Source: Balanoglossus misakiensis (Eukaryota > Animalia > Hemichordata). Taken from it: a stretch of DNA of 64,000 bases. The stretch is from NCBI GenBank assembly GCA_040954595.2, contig JBECUI020000029.1:62001-126000 (forward strand). Direction: 5' to 3'. Position numbers and translations under genes: made by a program. The notes below the pieces were generated by a model that was not told the DNA's origin, did not search any database, and saw only the letters and a program-made list of their open reading frames with translations. How positions within the stretch are numbered: the first letter of the stretch is position 1; each line of letters starts with the position of its first letter. Of this stretch, positions 1 to 12,300 are shown piece after piece.

Positions 1-180
1 ACATGCACTAAAGCGCCCTCACTGCTGGGTGTGTTGTATGGTCTTTAACCCTGTTTCAAATTAGAGTACTTTCTGCAATTTCAAGACAGATCTTACGTGC
101 CATTGGAGAGCTCCATTGACTGGTCATTCATACTGTTTTCATTCATTCATTGCGGCATCAATATATTTTATCTATTCTAG

Positions 181-331
181 CCAAAGAGCTTGGCACCTGT
201 TGAAATGAACTCATCTGCTGTGGGCCAGTTTATTGGTGGCAGTTGAGCTGAGGAGAGCACCTTCCTTCCCGGCACGCCACCAAGTAAAGTTCCACGCCGC
301 CCACCACAGATGCCAGCATTCATTCATGCGA
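181..331 (+). ncRNA. Representative putative non-coding 151-nt exon containing a ~125-nt hairpin (201-326); one per monomer
   Basis: Preceded by atattttatctattctag| and followed by |gtgagt, with stops in all three frames. Nested inverted segments are tgaa-a-tgaa/ttcattca, catctgctgtgggc/gcccaccacagatg, tttattggtggc/gccaccaagtaaa, gctg/cggc and gaggagag/cttccttc. Transcription is inferred, not shown. Confidence 0.5.
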
Positions 332-3300
332 GTGAGTGTAATTGCAAATTTGCCTATTCTAGATCTGTAATGGAAATGGAGAAAGTACCTTATATTTTCT
401 GTAAAATAGACATTTAATTGGCAAGCCGTCCTGCATCAATTATTAATTGTGTACATGCACTAAAGCGCCCTCACTGCTGGGTGTGTTGTATGGTCTTTAA
501 CCCTGTTTCAAATTAGAGTACTTTCTGCAATTTCAAGACAGATCTTACGTGCCATTGGAGAGCTCCATTGACTGGTCATTCATACTGTTTTCATTCATTC
601 ATTGCGGCATCAATATATTTTATCTATTCTAGCCAAAGAGCTTGGCACCTGTTGAAATGAACTCATCTGCTGTGGGCCAGTTTATTGGTGGCAGTTGAGC
701 TGAGGAGAGCACCTTCCTTCCCGGCACGCCACCAAGTAAAGTTCCACGCCGCCCACCACAGATGCCAGCATTCATTCATGCGAGTGAGTGTAATTGCAAA
801 TTTGCCTATTCTAGATCTGTAATGGAAATGGAGAAAGTACCTTATATTTTCTGTAAAATAGACATTTAATTGGCAAGCCGTCCTGCATCAATTATTAATT
901 GTGTACATGCACTAAAGCGCCCTCACTGCTGGGTGTGTTGTATGGTCTTTAACCCTGTTTCAAATTAGAGTACTTTCTGCAATTTCAAGACAGATCTTAC
1001 GTGCCATTGGAGAGCTCCATTGACTGGTCATTCATACTGTTTTCATTCATTCATTGCGGCATCAATATATTTTATCTATTCTAGCCAAAGAGCTTGGCAC
1101 CTGTTGAAATGAACTCATCTGCTGTGGGCCAGTTTATTGGTGGCAGTTGAGCTGAGGAGAGCACCTTCCTTCCCGGCACGCCACCAAGTAAAGTTCCACG
1201 CCGCCCACCACAGATGCCAGCATTCATTCATGCGAGTGAGTGTAATTGCAAATTTGCCTATTCTAGATCTGTAATGGAAATGGAGAAAGTACCTTATATT
1301 TTCTGTAAAATAGACATTTAATTGGCAAGCCGTCCTGCATCAATTATTAATTGTGTACATGCACTAAAGCGCCCTCACTGCTGGGTGTGTTGTATGGTCT
1401 TTAACCCTGTTTCAAATTAGAGTACTTTCTGCAATTTCAAGACAGATCTTACGTGCCATTGGAGAGCTCCATTGACTGGTCATTCATACTGTTTTCATTC
1501 ATTCATTGCGGCATCAATATATTTTATCTATTCTAGCCAAAGAGCTTGGCACCTGTTGAAATGAACTCATCTGCTGTGGGCCAGTTTATTGGTGGCAGTT
1601 GAGCTGAGGAGAGCACCTTCCTTCCCGGCACGCCACCAAGTAAAGTTCCACGCCGCCCACCACAGATGCCAGCATTCATTCATGCGAGTGAGTGTAATTG
1701 CAAATTTGCCTATTCTAGATCTGTAATGGAAATGGAGAAAGTACCTTATATTTTCTGTAAAATAGACATTTAATTGGCAAGCCGTCCTGCATCAATTATT
1801 AATTGTGTACATGCACTAAAGCGCCCTCACTGCTGGGTGTGTTGTATGGTCTTTAACCCTGTTTCAAATTAGAGTACTTTCTGCAATTTCAAGACAGATC
1901 TTACGTGCCATTGGAGAGCTCCATTGACTGGTCATTCATACTGTTTTCATTCATTCATTGCGGCATCAATATATTTTATCTATTCTAGCCAAAGAGCTTG
2001 GCACCTGTTGAAATGAACTCATCTGCTGTGGGCCAGTTTATTGGTGGCAGTTGAGCTGAGGAGAGCACCTTCTTTCCCGGCACGCCACCAAGTAAAGTTC
2101 CACGCCGCCCACCACAGATGCCAGCATTCATTCATGCGAGTGAGTGTAATTGCAAATTTGCCTATTCTAGAATCTTACGTGCCATTGGAGAGCTCCATTG
2201 ACTGGTCATTCATACTGTTTTCATTCATTCATTGCGGCATCAATATATTTTATCTATTCTAGCCAAAGAGCTTGGCACCTGTTGAAATGAACTCATCTGC
2301 TGTGGGCCAGTTTATTGGTGGCAGTTGAGCTGAGGAGAGCACCTTCTTTCCCGGCACGCCACCAAGTAAAGTTCCACGCCGCCCACCACAGATGCCAGCA
2401 TTCATTCATGCGAGTGAGTGTAATTGCAAATTTGCCTATTCTAGAATCTTACGTGCCATTGGAGAGCTCCATTGACTGGTCATTCATACTGTTTTCATTC
2501 ATTCATTGCGGCATCAATATATTTTATCTATTCTAGCCAAAGAGCTTGGCACCTGTTGAAATGAACTCATCTGCTGTGGGCCAGTTTATTGGTGGCAGTT
2601 GAGCTGAGGAGAGCACCTTCCTTCCCGGCACGCCACCAAGTAAAGTTCCACGCCGCCCACCACAGATGCCAGCATTCATTCATGCGAGTGAGTGTAATTG
2701 CAAATTTGCCTATTCTAGAATCTTACGTGCCATTGGAGAGCTCCATTGACTGGTCATTCATACTGTTTTCATTCATTCATTGCGGCATCAATATATTTTA
2801 TCTATTCTAGCCAAAGAGCTTGGCACCTGTTGAAATGAACTCATCTGCTGTGGGCCAGTTTATTGGTGGCAGTTGAGCTGAGGAGAGCACCTTCCTTCCC
2901 GGCACGCCACCAAGTAAAGTTCCACGCCGCCCACCACAGATGCCAGCATTCATTCATGCGAGTGAGTGTAATTGCAAATTTGCCTATTCTAGAATCTTAC
3001 GTGCCATTGGAGAGCTCCATTGACTGGTCATTCATACTGTTTTCATTCATTCATTGCGGCATCAATATATTTTATCTATTCTAGCCGAAGAGCTTGGCAC
3101 CTGTTGAAATGAACTCATCTGCTGTGGGCCAGTTTATTGGTGGCAGTTGAGCTGAGGAGAGCACCTTCCTTCCCGGCACGCCACCAAGTAAAGTTCCACG
3201 CCGCCCACCACAGATGCCAGCATTCATTCATGCGAGTGAGTGTAATTGCAAATTTGCCTATTCTAGATCTGTAATGGAAATGGAGAAAGTACCTTATATT

Positions 3301-5492
3301 TTCTGTAAAATAGACATTTAATTGGCAAGCCGTCCTGCATCAATTATTAATTGTGTACATGCACTAAAGCGCCCTCACTGCTGGGTGTGTTGTATGGTCT
3401 TTAACCCTGTTTCAAATTAGAGTACTTTCTGCAATTTCAAGACAGATCTTACGTGCCATTGGAGAGCTCCATTGACTGGTCATTCATACTGTTTTCATTC
3501 ATTCATTGCGGCATCAATATATTTTATCTATTCTAGCCAAAGAGCTTGGCACCTGTTGAAATGAACTCATCTGCTGTGGGCCAGTTTATTGGTGGCAGTT
3601 GAGCTGAGGAGAGCACCTTCCTTCCCGGCACGCCACCAAGTAAAGTTCCACGCCGCCCACCACAGATGCCAGCATTCATTCATGCGAGTGAGTGTAATTG
3701 CAAATTTGCCTATTCTAGATTCTTACGTGCCATTGGAGAGCTCCATTGACTGGTCATTCATACTGTTTTCATTCATTCATTGCGGCATCAATATATTTTA
3801 TCTATTCTAGCCAAAGAGCTTGGCACCTGTTGAAATGAACTCATCTGCTGTGGGCCAGTTTATTGGTGGCAGTTGAGCTGAGGAGAGCACCTTCCTTCCC
3901 GGCACGCCACCAAGTAAAGTTCCACGCCGCCCACCACAGATGCCAGCATTCATTCATGCGAGTGAGTGTAATTGCAAATTTGCCTATTCTAGAATCTTAC
4001 GTGCCATTGGAGAGCTCCATTGACTGGTCATTCATACTGTTTTCATTCATTCATTGCGGCATCAATATATTTTATCTATTCTAGCCAAAGAGCTTGGCAC
4101 CTGTTGAAATGAACTCATCTGCTGTGGGCCAGTTTATTGGTGGCAGTTGAGCTGAGGAGAGCACCTTCCTTCCCGGCACGCCACCAAGTAAAGTTCCACG
4201 CCGCCCACCACAGATGCCAGCATTCATTCATGCGAGTGAGTGTAATTGCAAATTTGCCTATTCTAGATCTGTAATGGAAATGGAGAAAGTACCTTATATT
4301 TTCTGTAAAATAGACATTTAATTGGCAAGCCGTCCTGCATCAATTATTAATTGTGTACATGCACTAAAGCGCCCTCACTGCTGGGTGTGTTGTATGGTCT
4401 TTAACCCTGTTTCAAATTAGAGTACTTTCTGCAATTTCAAGACAGATCTTACGTGCCATTGGAGAGCTCCATTGACTGGTCATTCATACTGTTTTCATTC
4501 ATTCATTGCGGCATCAATATATTTTATCTATTCTAGCCAAAGAGCTTGGCACCTGTTGAAATGAACTCATCTGCTGTGGGCCAGTTTATTGGTGGCAGTT
4601 GAGCTGAGGAGAGCACCTTCCTTCCCGGCACGCCACCAAGTAAAGTTCCACGCCGCCCACCACAGATGCCAGCATTCATTCATGCGAGTGAGTGTAATTG
4701 CAAATTTGCCTATTCTAGATCTGTAATGGAAATGGAGAAAGTACCTTATATTTTCTGTAAAATAGACATTTAATTGGCAAGCCGTCCTGCATCAATTATT
4801 AATTGTGTACATGCACTAAAGCGCCCTCACTGCTGGGTGTGTTGTATGGTCTTTAACCCTGTTTCAAATTAGAGTACTTTCTGCAATTTCAAGACAGATC
4901 TTACGTGCCATTGGAGAGCTCCATTGACTGGTCATTCATACTGTTTTCATTCATTCATTGCGGCATCAATATATTTTATCTATTCTAGCCAAAGAGCTTG
5001 GCACCTGTTGAAATGAACTCATCTGCTGTGGGCCAGTTTATTGGTGGCAGTTGAGCTGAGGAGAGCACCTTCCTTCCCGGCACGCCACCAAGTAAAGTTC
5101 CACGCCGCCCACCACAGATGCCAGCATTCATTCATGCGAGTGAGTGTAATTGCAAATTTGCCTATTCTAGATCTGTAATGGAAATGGAGAAAGTACCTTA
5201 TATTTTCTGTAAAATAGACATTTAATTGGCAAGCCGTCCTGCATCAATTATTAATTGTGTACATGCACTAAAGCGCCCTCACTGCTGGGTGTGTTGTATG
5301 GTCTTTAACCCTGTTTCAAATTAGAGTACTTTCTGCAATTTCAAGACAGATCTTACGTGCCATTGGAGAGCTCCATTGACTGGTCATTCATACTGTTTTC
5401 ATTCATTCATTGCGGCATCAATATATTTTATCTATTCTAGCCAAAGAGCTTGGCACCTGTTGAAATGAACTCATCTGCTGTGGGCCAGTTTA

Positions 5493-8400
5493 TTGGTGGC
5501 AGTTGAGCTGAGGAGAGCACCTTCCTTCCCGGCACGCCACCAAGTAAAGTTCCACGCCGCCCACCACAGATGCCAGCATTCATTCATGCGAGTGAGTGTA
5601 ATTGCAAATTTGCCTATTCTAGAATTCTTACGTGCCATTGGAGAGCTCCATTGACTGGTCATTCATACTGTTTTCATTCATTCATTGCGGCATCAATATA
5701 TTTTATCTATTCTAGCCAAAGAGCTTGGCACCTGTTGAAATGAACTCATCTGCTGTGGGCCAGTTTATTGGTGGCAGTTGAGCTGAGGAGAGCACCTTCC
5801 TTCCCGGCACGCCACCAAGTAAAGTTCCACGCCGCCCACCACAGATGCCAGCATTCATTCATGCGAGTGAGTGTAATTGCAAATTTGCCTATTCTAGATC
5901 TGTAATGGAAATGGAGAAAGTACCTTATATTTTCTGTAAAATAGACATTTAATTGGCAAGCCGTCCTGCATCAATTATTAATTGTGTACATGCACTAAAG
6001 CGCCCTCACTGCTGGGTGTGTTGTATGGTCTTTAACCCTGTTTCAAATTAGAGTACTTTCTGCAATTTCAAGACAGATCTTACGTGCCATTGGAGAGCTC
6101 CATTGACTGGTCATTCATACTGTTTTCATTCATTCATTGCGGCATCAATATATTTTATCTATTCTAGCCAAAGAGCTTGGCACCTGTTGAAATGAACTCA
6201 TCTGCTGTGGGCCAGTTTATTGGTGGCAGTTGAGCTGAGGAGAGCACCTTCTTTCCCGGCACGCCACCAAGTAAAGTTCCACGCCGCCCACCACAGATGC
6301 CAGCATTCATTCATGCGAGTGAGTGTAATTGCAAATTTGCCTATTCTAGAATCTTACGTGCCATTGGAGAGCTCCATTGACTGGTCATTCATACTGTTTT
6401 CATTCATTCATTGCGGCATCAATATATTTTATCTATTCTAGCCAAAGAGCTTGGCACCTGTTGAAATGAACTCATCTGCTGTGGGCCAGTTTATTGGTGG
6501 CAGTTGAGCTGAGGAGAGCACCTTCTTTCCCGGCACGCCACCAAGTAAAGTTCCACGCCGCCCACCACAGATGCCAGCATTCATTCATGCGAGTGAGTGT
6601 AATTGCAAATTTGCCTATTTACGTGCCATTGGAGAGCTCCATTGACTGGTCATTCATACTGTTTTCATTCATTCATTGCGGCATCAATATATTTTATCTA
6701 TTCTAGCCAAAGAGCTTGGCACCTGTTGAAATGAACTCATCTGCTGTGGGCCAGTTTATTGGTGGCAGTTGAGCTGAGGAGAGCACCTTCCTTCCCGGCA
6801 CGCCACCAAGTAAAGTTCCACGCCGCCCACCACAGATGCCAGCATTCATTCATGCGAGTGAGTGTAATTGCAAATTTGCCTATTCTAGATCTGTAATGGA
6901 AATGGAGAAAGTACCTTATATTTTCTGTAAAATAGACATTTAATTGGCAAGCCGTCCTGCATCAATTATTAATTGTGTACATGCACTAAAGCGCCCTCAC
7001 TGCTGGGTGTGTTGTATGGTCTTTAACCCTGTTTCAAATTAGAGTACTTTCTGCAATTTCAAGACAGATCTTACGTGCCATTGGAGAGCTCCATTGACTG
7101 GTCATTCATACTGTTTTCATTCATTCATTGCGGCATCAATATATTTTATCTATTCTAGCCAAAGAGCTTGGCACCTGTTGAAATGAACTCATCTGCTGTG
7201 GGCCAGTTTATTGGTGGCAGTTGAGCTGAGGAGAGCACCTTCTTTCCCGGCACGCCACCAAGTAAAGTTCCACGCCGCCCACCACAGATGCCAGCATTCA
7301 TTCATGCGAGTGAGTGTAATTGCAAATTTGCCTATTCTAGAATCTTACGTGCCATTGGAGAGCTCCATTGACTGGTCATTCATACTGTTTTCATTTATTC
7401 ATTGCGGCATCAATATATTTTATCTATTCTAGCCAAAGAGCTTGGCACCTGTTGAAATGAACTCATCTGCTGTGGGCCAGTTTATTGGTGGCAGTTGAGC
7501 TGAGGAGAGCACCTTCTTTCCCGGCACGCCACCAAGTAAAGTTCCACGCCGCCCACCACAGATGCCAGCATTCATTCATGCGAGTGAGTGTAATTGCAAA
7601 TTTGCCTATTCTAGAATCTTACGTGCCATTGGAGAGCTCCATTGACTGGTCATTCATACTGTTTTCATTCATTCATTGCAGCATCAATATATTTTATCTA
7701 TTCTAGCCAAAGAGCTTGGCACCTGTTGAAATGAACTCATCTGCTGTGGGCCAGTTTATTGGTGGCAGTTGAGCTGAGGAGAGCACCTTCCTTCCCGGCA
7801 CGCCACCAAGTAAAGTTCCACGCCGCCCACCACAGATGCCAGCATTCATTCATGCGAGTGAGTGTAATTGCAAATTTGCCTATTCTAGAATCTTACGTGC
7901 CATTGGAGAGCTCCATTGACTGGTCATTCATACTGTTTTCATTCATTCATTGCGGCATCAATATATTTTATCTATTCTAGCCAAAGAGCTTGGCACCTGT
8001 TGAAATGAACTCATCTGCTGTGGGCCAGTTTATTGGTGGCAGTTGAGCTGAGGAGAGCACCTTCCTTCCCGGCACGCCACCAAGTAAAGTTCCACGCCGC
8101 CCACCACAGATGCCAGCATTCATTCATGCGAGTGAGTGTAATTGCAAATTTGCCTATTCTAGAATCTTACGTGCCATTGGAGAGCTCCATTGACTGGTCA
8201 TTCATACTGTTTTCATTCATTCATTGCGGCATCAATATATTTTATCTATTCTAGCCGAAGAGCTTGGCACCTGTTGAAATGAACTCATCTGCTGTGGGCC
8301 AGTTTATTGGTGGCAGTTGAGCTGAGGAGAGCACCTTCCTTCCCGGCACGCCACCAAGTAAAGTTCCACGCCGCCCACCACAGATGCCAGCATTCATTCA

Positions 8401-9306
8401 TGCGAGTGAGTGTAATTGCAAATTTGCCTATTCTAGATCTGTAATGGAAATGGAGAAAGTACCTTATATTTTCTGTAAAATAGACATTTAATTGGCAAGC
8501 CGTCCTGCATCAATTATTAATTGTGTACATGCACTAAAGCGCCCTCACTGCTGGGTGTGTTGTATGGTCTTTAACCCTGTTTCAAATTAGAGTACTTTCT
8601 GCAATTTCAAGACAGATCTTACGTGCCATTGGAGAGCTCCATTGACTGGTCATTCATACTGTTTTCATTCATTCATTGCGGCATCAATATATTTTATCTA
8701 TTCTAGCCAAAGAGCTTGGCACCTGTTGAAATGAACTCATCTGCTGTGGGCCAGTTTATTGGTGGCAGTTGAGCTGAGGAGAGCACCTTCCTTCCCGGCA
8801 CGCCACCAAGTAAAGTTCCACGCCGCCCACCACAGATGCCAGCATTCATTCATGCGAGTGAGTGTAATTGCAAATTTGCCTATTCTAGATTCTTACGTGC
8901 CATTGGAGAGCTCCATTGACTGGTCATTCATACTGTTTTCATTCATTCATTGCGGCATCAATATATTTTATCTATTCTAGCCAAAGAGCTTGGCACCTGT
9001 TGAAATGAACTCATCTGCTGTGGGCCAGTTTATTGGTGGCAGTTGAGCTGAGGAGAGCACCTTCCTTCCCGGCACGCCACCAAGTAAAGTTCCACGCCGC
9101 CCACCACAGATGCCAGCATTCATTCATGCGAGTGAGTGTAATTGCAAATTTGCCTATTCTAGAATCTTACGTGCCATTGGAGAGCTCCATTGACTGGTCA
9201 TTCATACTGTTTTCATTCATTCATTGCGGCATCAATATATTTTATCTATTCTAGCCAAAGAGCTTGGCACCTGTTGAAATGAACTCATCTGCTGTGGGCC
9301 AGTTTA
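5493..9306 (+). repeat. Higher-order block E-L-S-S'-L-S-S-S-S-L-S*-S (3814 bp); recurs at ~12736, ~30757, ~39356, ~44978, with a partial copy at 2041-4136
   Basis: The same order of length variants and diagnostic markers appears in each copy: the gaattc monomer, the 265-bp monomer, the 'ccgaag' SNP and the 'agattc' monomer. ORF-track spacings are identical between copies. Confidence 0.93.
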
Positions 9307-12300
9307 TTGGTGGCAGTTGAGCTGAGGAGAGCACCTTCCTTCCCGGCACGCCACCAAGTAAAGTTCCACGCCGCCCACCACAGATGCCAGCATTCATTCA
9401 TGCGAGTGAGTGTAATTGCAAATTTGCCTATTCTAGATCTGTAATGGAAATGGAGAAAGTACCTTATATTTTCTGTAAAATAGACATTTAATTGGCAAGC
9501 CGTCCTGCATCAATTATTAATTGTGTACATGCACTAAAGCGCCCTCACTGCTGGGTGTGTTGTATGGTCTTTAACCCTGTTTCAAATTAGAGTACTTTCT
9601 GCAATTTCAAGACAGATCTTACGTGCCATTGGAGAGCTCCATTGACTGGTCATTCATACTGTTTTCATTCATTCATTGCGGCATCAATATATTTTATCTA
9701 TTCTAGCCAAAGAGCTTGGCACCTGTTGAAATGAACTCATCTGCTGTGGGCCAGTTTATTGGTGGCAGTTGAGCTGAGGAGAGCACCTTCCTTCCCGGCA
9801 CGCCACCAAGTAAAGTTCCACGCCGCCCACCACAGATGCCAGCATTCATTCATGCGAGTGAGTGTAATTGCAAATTTGCCTATTCTAGATCTGTAATGGA
9901 AATGGAGAAAGTACCTTATATTTTCTGTAAAATAGACATTTAATTGGCAAGCCGTCCTGCATCAATTATTAATTGTGTACATGCACTAAAGCGCCCTCAC
10001 TGCTGGGTGTGTTGTATGGTCTTTAACCCTGTTTCAAATTAGAGTACTTTCTGCAATTTCAAGACAGATCTTACGTGCCATTGGAGAGCTCCATTGACTG
10101 GTCATTCATACTGTTTTCATTCATTCATTGCGGCATCAATATATTTTATCTATTCTAGCCAAAGAGCTTGGCACCTGTTGAAATGAACTCATCTGCTGTG
10201 GGCCAGTTTATTGGTGGCAGTTGAGCTGAGGAGAGCACCTTCCTTCCCGGCACGCCACCAAGTAAAGTTCCACGCCGCCCACCACAGATGCCAGCATTCA
10301 TTCATGCGAGTGAGTGTAATTGCAAATTTGCCTATTCTAGATCTGTAATGGAAATGGAGAAAGTACCTTATATTTTCTGTAAAATAGACATTTAATTGGC
10401 AAGCCGTCCTGCATCAATTATTAATTGTGTACATGCACTAAAGCGCCCTCACTGCTGGGTGTGTTGTATGGTCTTTAACCCTGTTTCAAATTAGAGTACT
10501 TTCTGCAATTTCAAGACAGATCTTACGTGCCATTGGAGAGCTCCATTGACTGGTCATTCATACTGTTTTCATTCATTCATTGCGGCATCAATATATTTTA
10601 TCTATTCTAGCCAAAGAGCTTGGCACCTGTTGAAATGAACTCATCTGCTGTGGGCCAGTTTATTGGTGGCAGTTGAGCTGAGGAGAGCACCTTCCTTCCC
10701 GGCACGCCACCAAGTAAAGTTCCACGCCGCCCACCACAGATGCCAGCATTCATTCATGCGAGTGAGTGTAATTGCAAATTTGCCTATTCTAGATCTGTAA
10801 TGGAAATGGAGAAAGTACCTTATATTTTCTGTAAAATAGACATTTAATTGGCAAGCCGTCCTGCATCAATTATTAATTGTGTACATGCACTAAAGCGCCC
10901 TCACTGCTGGGTGTGTTGTATGGTCTTTAACCCTGTTTCAAATTAGAGTACTTTCTGCAATTTCAAGACAGATCTTACGTGCCATTGGAGAGCTCCATTG
11001 ACTGGTCATTCATACTGTTTTCATTCATTCATTGCGGCATCAATATATTTTATCTATTCTAGCCAAAGAGCTTGGCACCTGTTGAAATGAACTCATCTGC
11101 TGTGGGCCAGTTTATTGGTGGCAGTTGAGCTGAGGAGAGCACCTTCCTTCCCGGCACGCCACCAAGTAAAGTTCCACGCCGCCCACCACAGATGCCAGCA
11201 TTCATTCATGCGAGTGAGTGTAATTGCAAATTTGCCTATTCTAGATCTGTAATGGAAATGGAGAAAGTACCTTATATTTTCTGTAAAATAGACATTTAAT
11301 TGGCAAGCCGTCCTGCATCAATTATTAATTGTGTACATGCACTAAAGCGCCCTCACTGCTGGGTGTGTTGTATGGTCTTTAACCCTGTTTCAAATTAGAG
11401 TACTTTCTGCAATTTCAAGACAGATCTTACGTGCCATTGGAGAGCTCCATTGACTGGTCATTCATACTGTTTTCATTCATTCATTGCGGCATCAATATAT
11501 TTTATCTATTCTAGCCAAAGAGCTTGGCACCTGTTGAAATGAACTCATCTGCTGTGGGCCAGTTTATTGGTGGCAGTTGAGCTGAGGAGAGCACCTTCCT
11601 TCCCGGCACGCCACCAAGTAAAGTTCCACGCCGCCCACCACAGATGCCAGCATTCATTCATGCGAGTGAGTGTAATTGCAAATTTGCCTATTCTAGATCT
11701 GTAATGGAAATGGAGAAAGTACCTTATATTTTCTGTAAAATAGACATTTAATTGGCAAGCCGTCCTGCATCAATTATTAATTGTGTACATGCACTAAAGC
11801 GCCCTCACTGCTGGGTGTGTTGTATGGTCTTTAACCCTGTTTCAAATTAGAGTACTTTCTGCAATTTCAAGACAGATCTTACGTGCCATTGGAGAGCTCC
11901 ATTGACTGGTCATTCATACTGTTTTCATTCATTCATTGCGGCATCAATATATTTTATCTATTCTAGCCAAAGAGCTTGGCACCTGTTGAAATGAACTCAT
12001 CTGCTGTGGGCCAGTTTATTGGTGGCAGTTGAGCTGAGGAGAGCACCTTCTTTCCCGGCACGCCACCAAGTAAAGTTCCACGCCGCCCACCACAGATGCC
12101 AGCATTCATTCATGCGAGTGAGTGTAATTGCAAATTTGCCTATTTACGTGCCATTGGAGAGCTCCATTGACTGGTCATTCATACTGTTTTCATTCATTCA
12201 TTGCGGCATCAATATATTTTATCTATTCTAGCCAAAGAGCTTGGCACCTGTTGAAATGAACTCATCTGCTGTGGGCCAGTTTATTGGTGGCAGTTGAGCT

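Noticed and set aside
240-300. Hammerhead (CTGAGGA) or HDV-like ribozyme in the monomer, as in retrozyme satellites
   Set aside because: No stem II followed by GAAA lies after CUGAGGA, the minus strand reads CAGAUGA, and I could not build HDV P3/P1.1. An Infernal scan would settle it.
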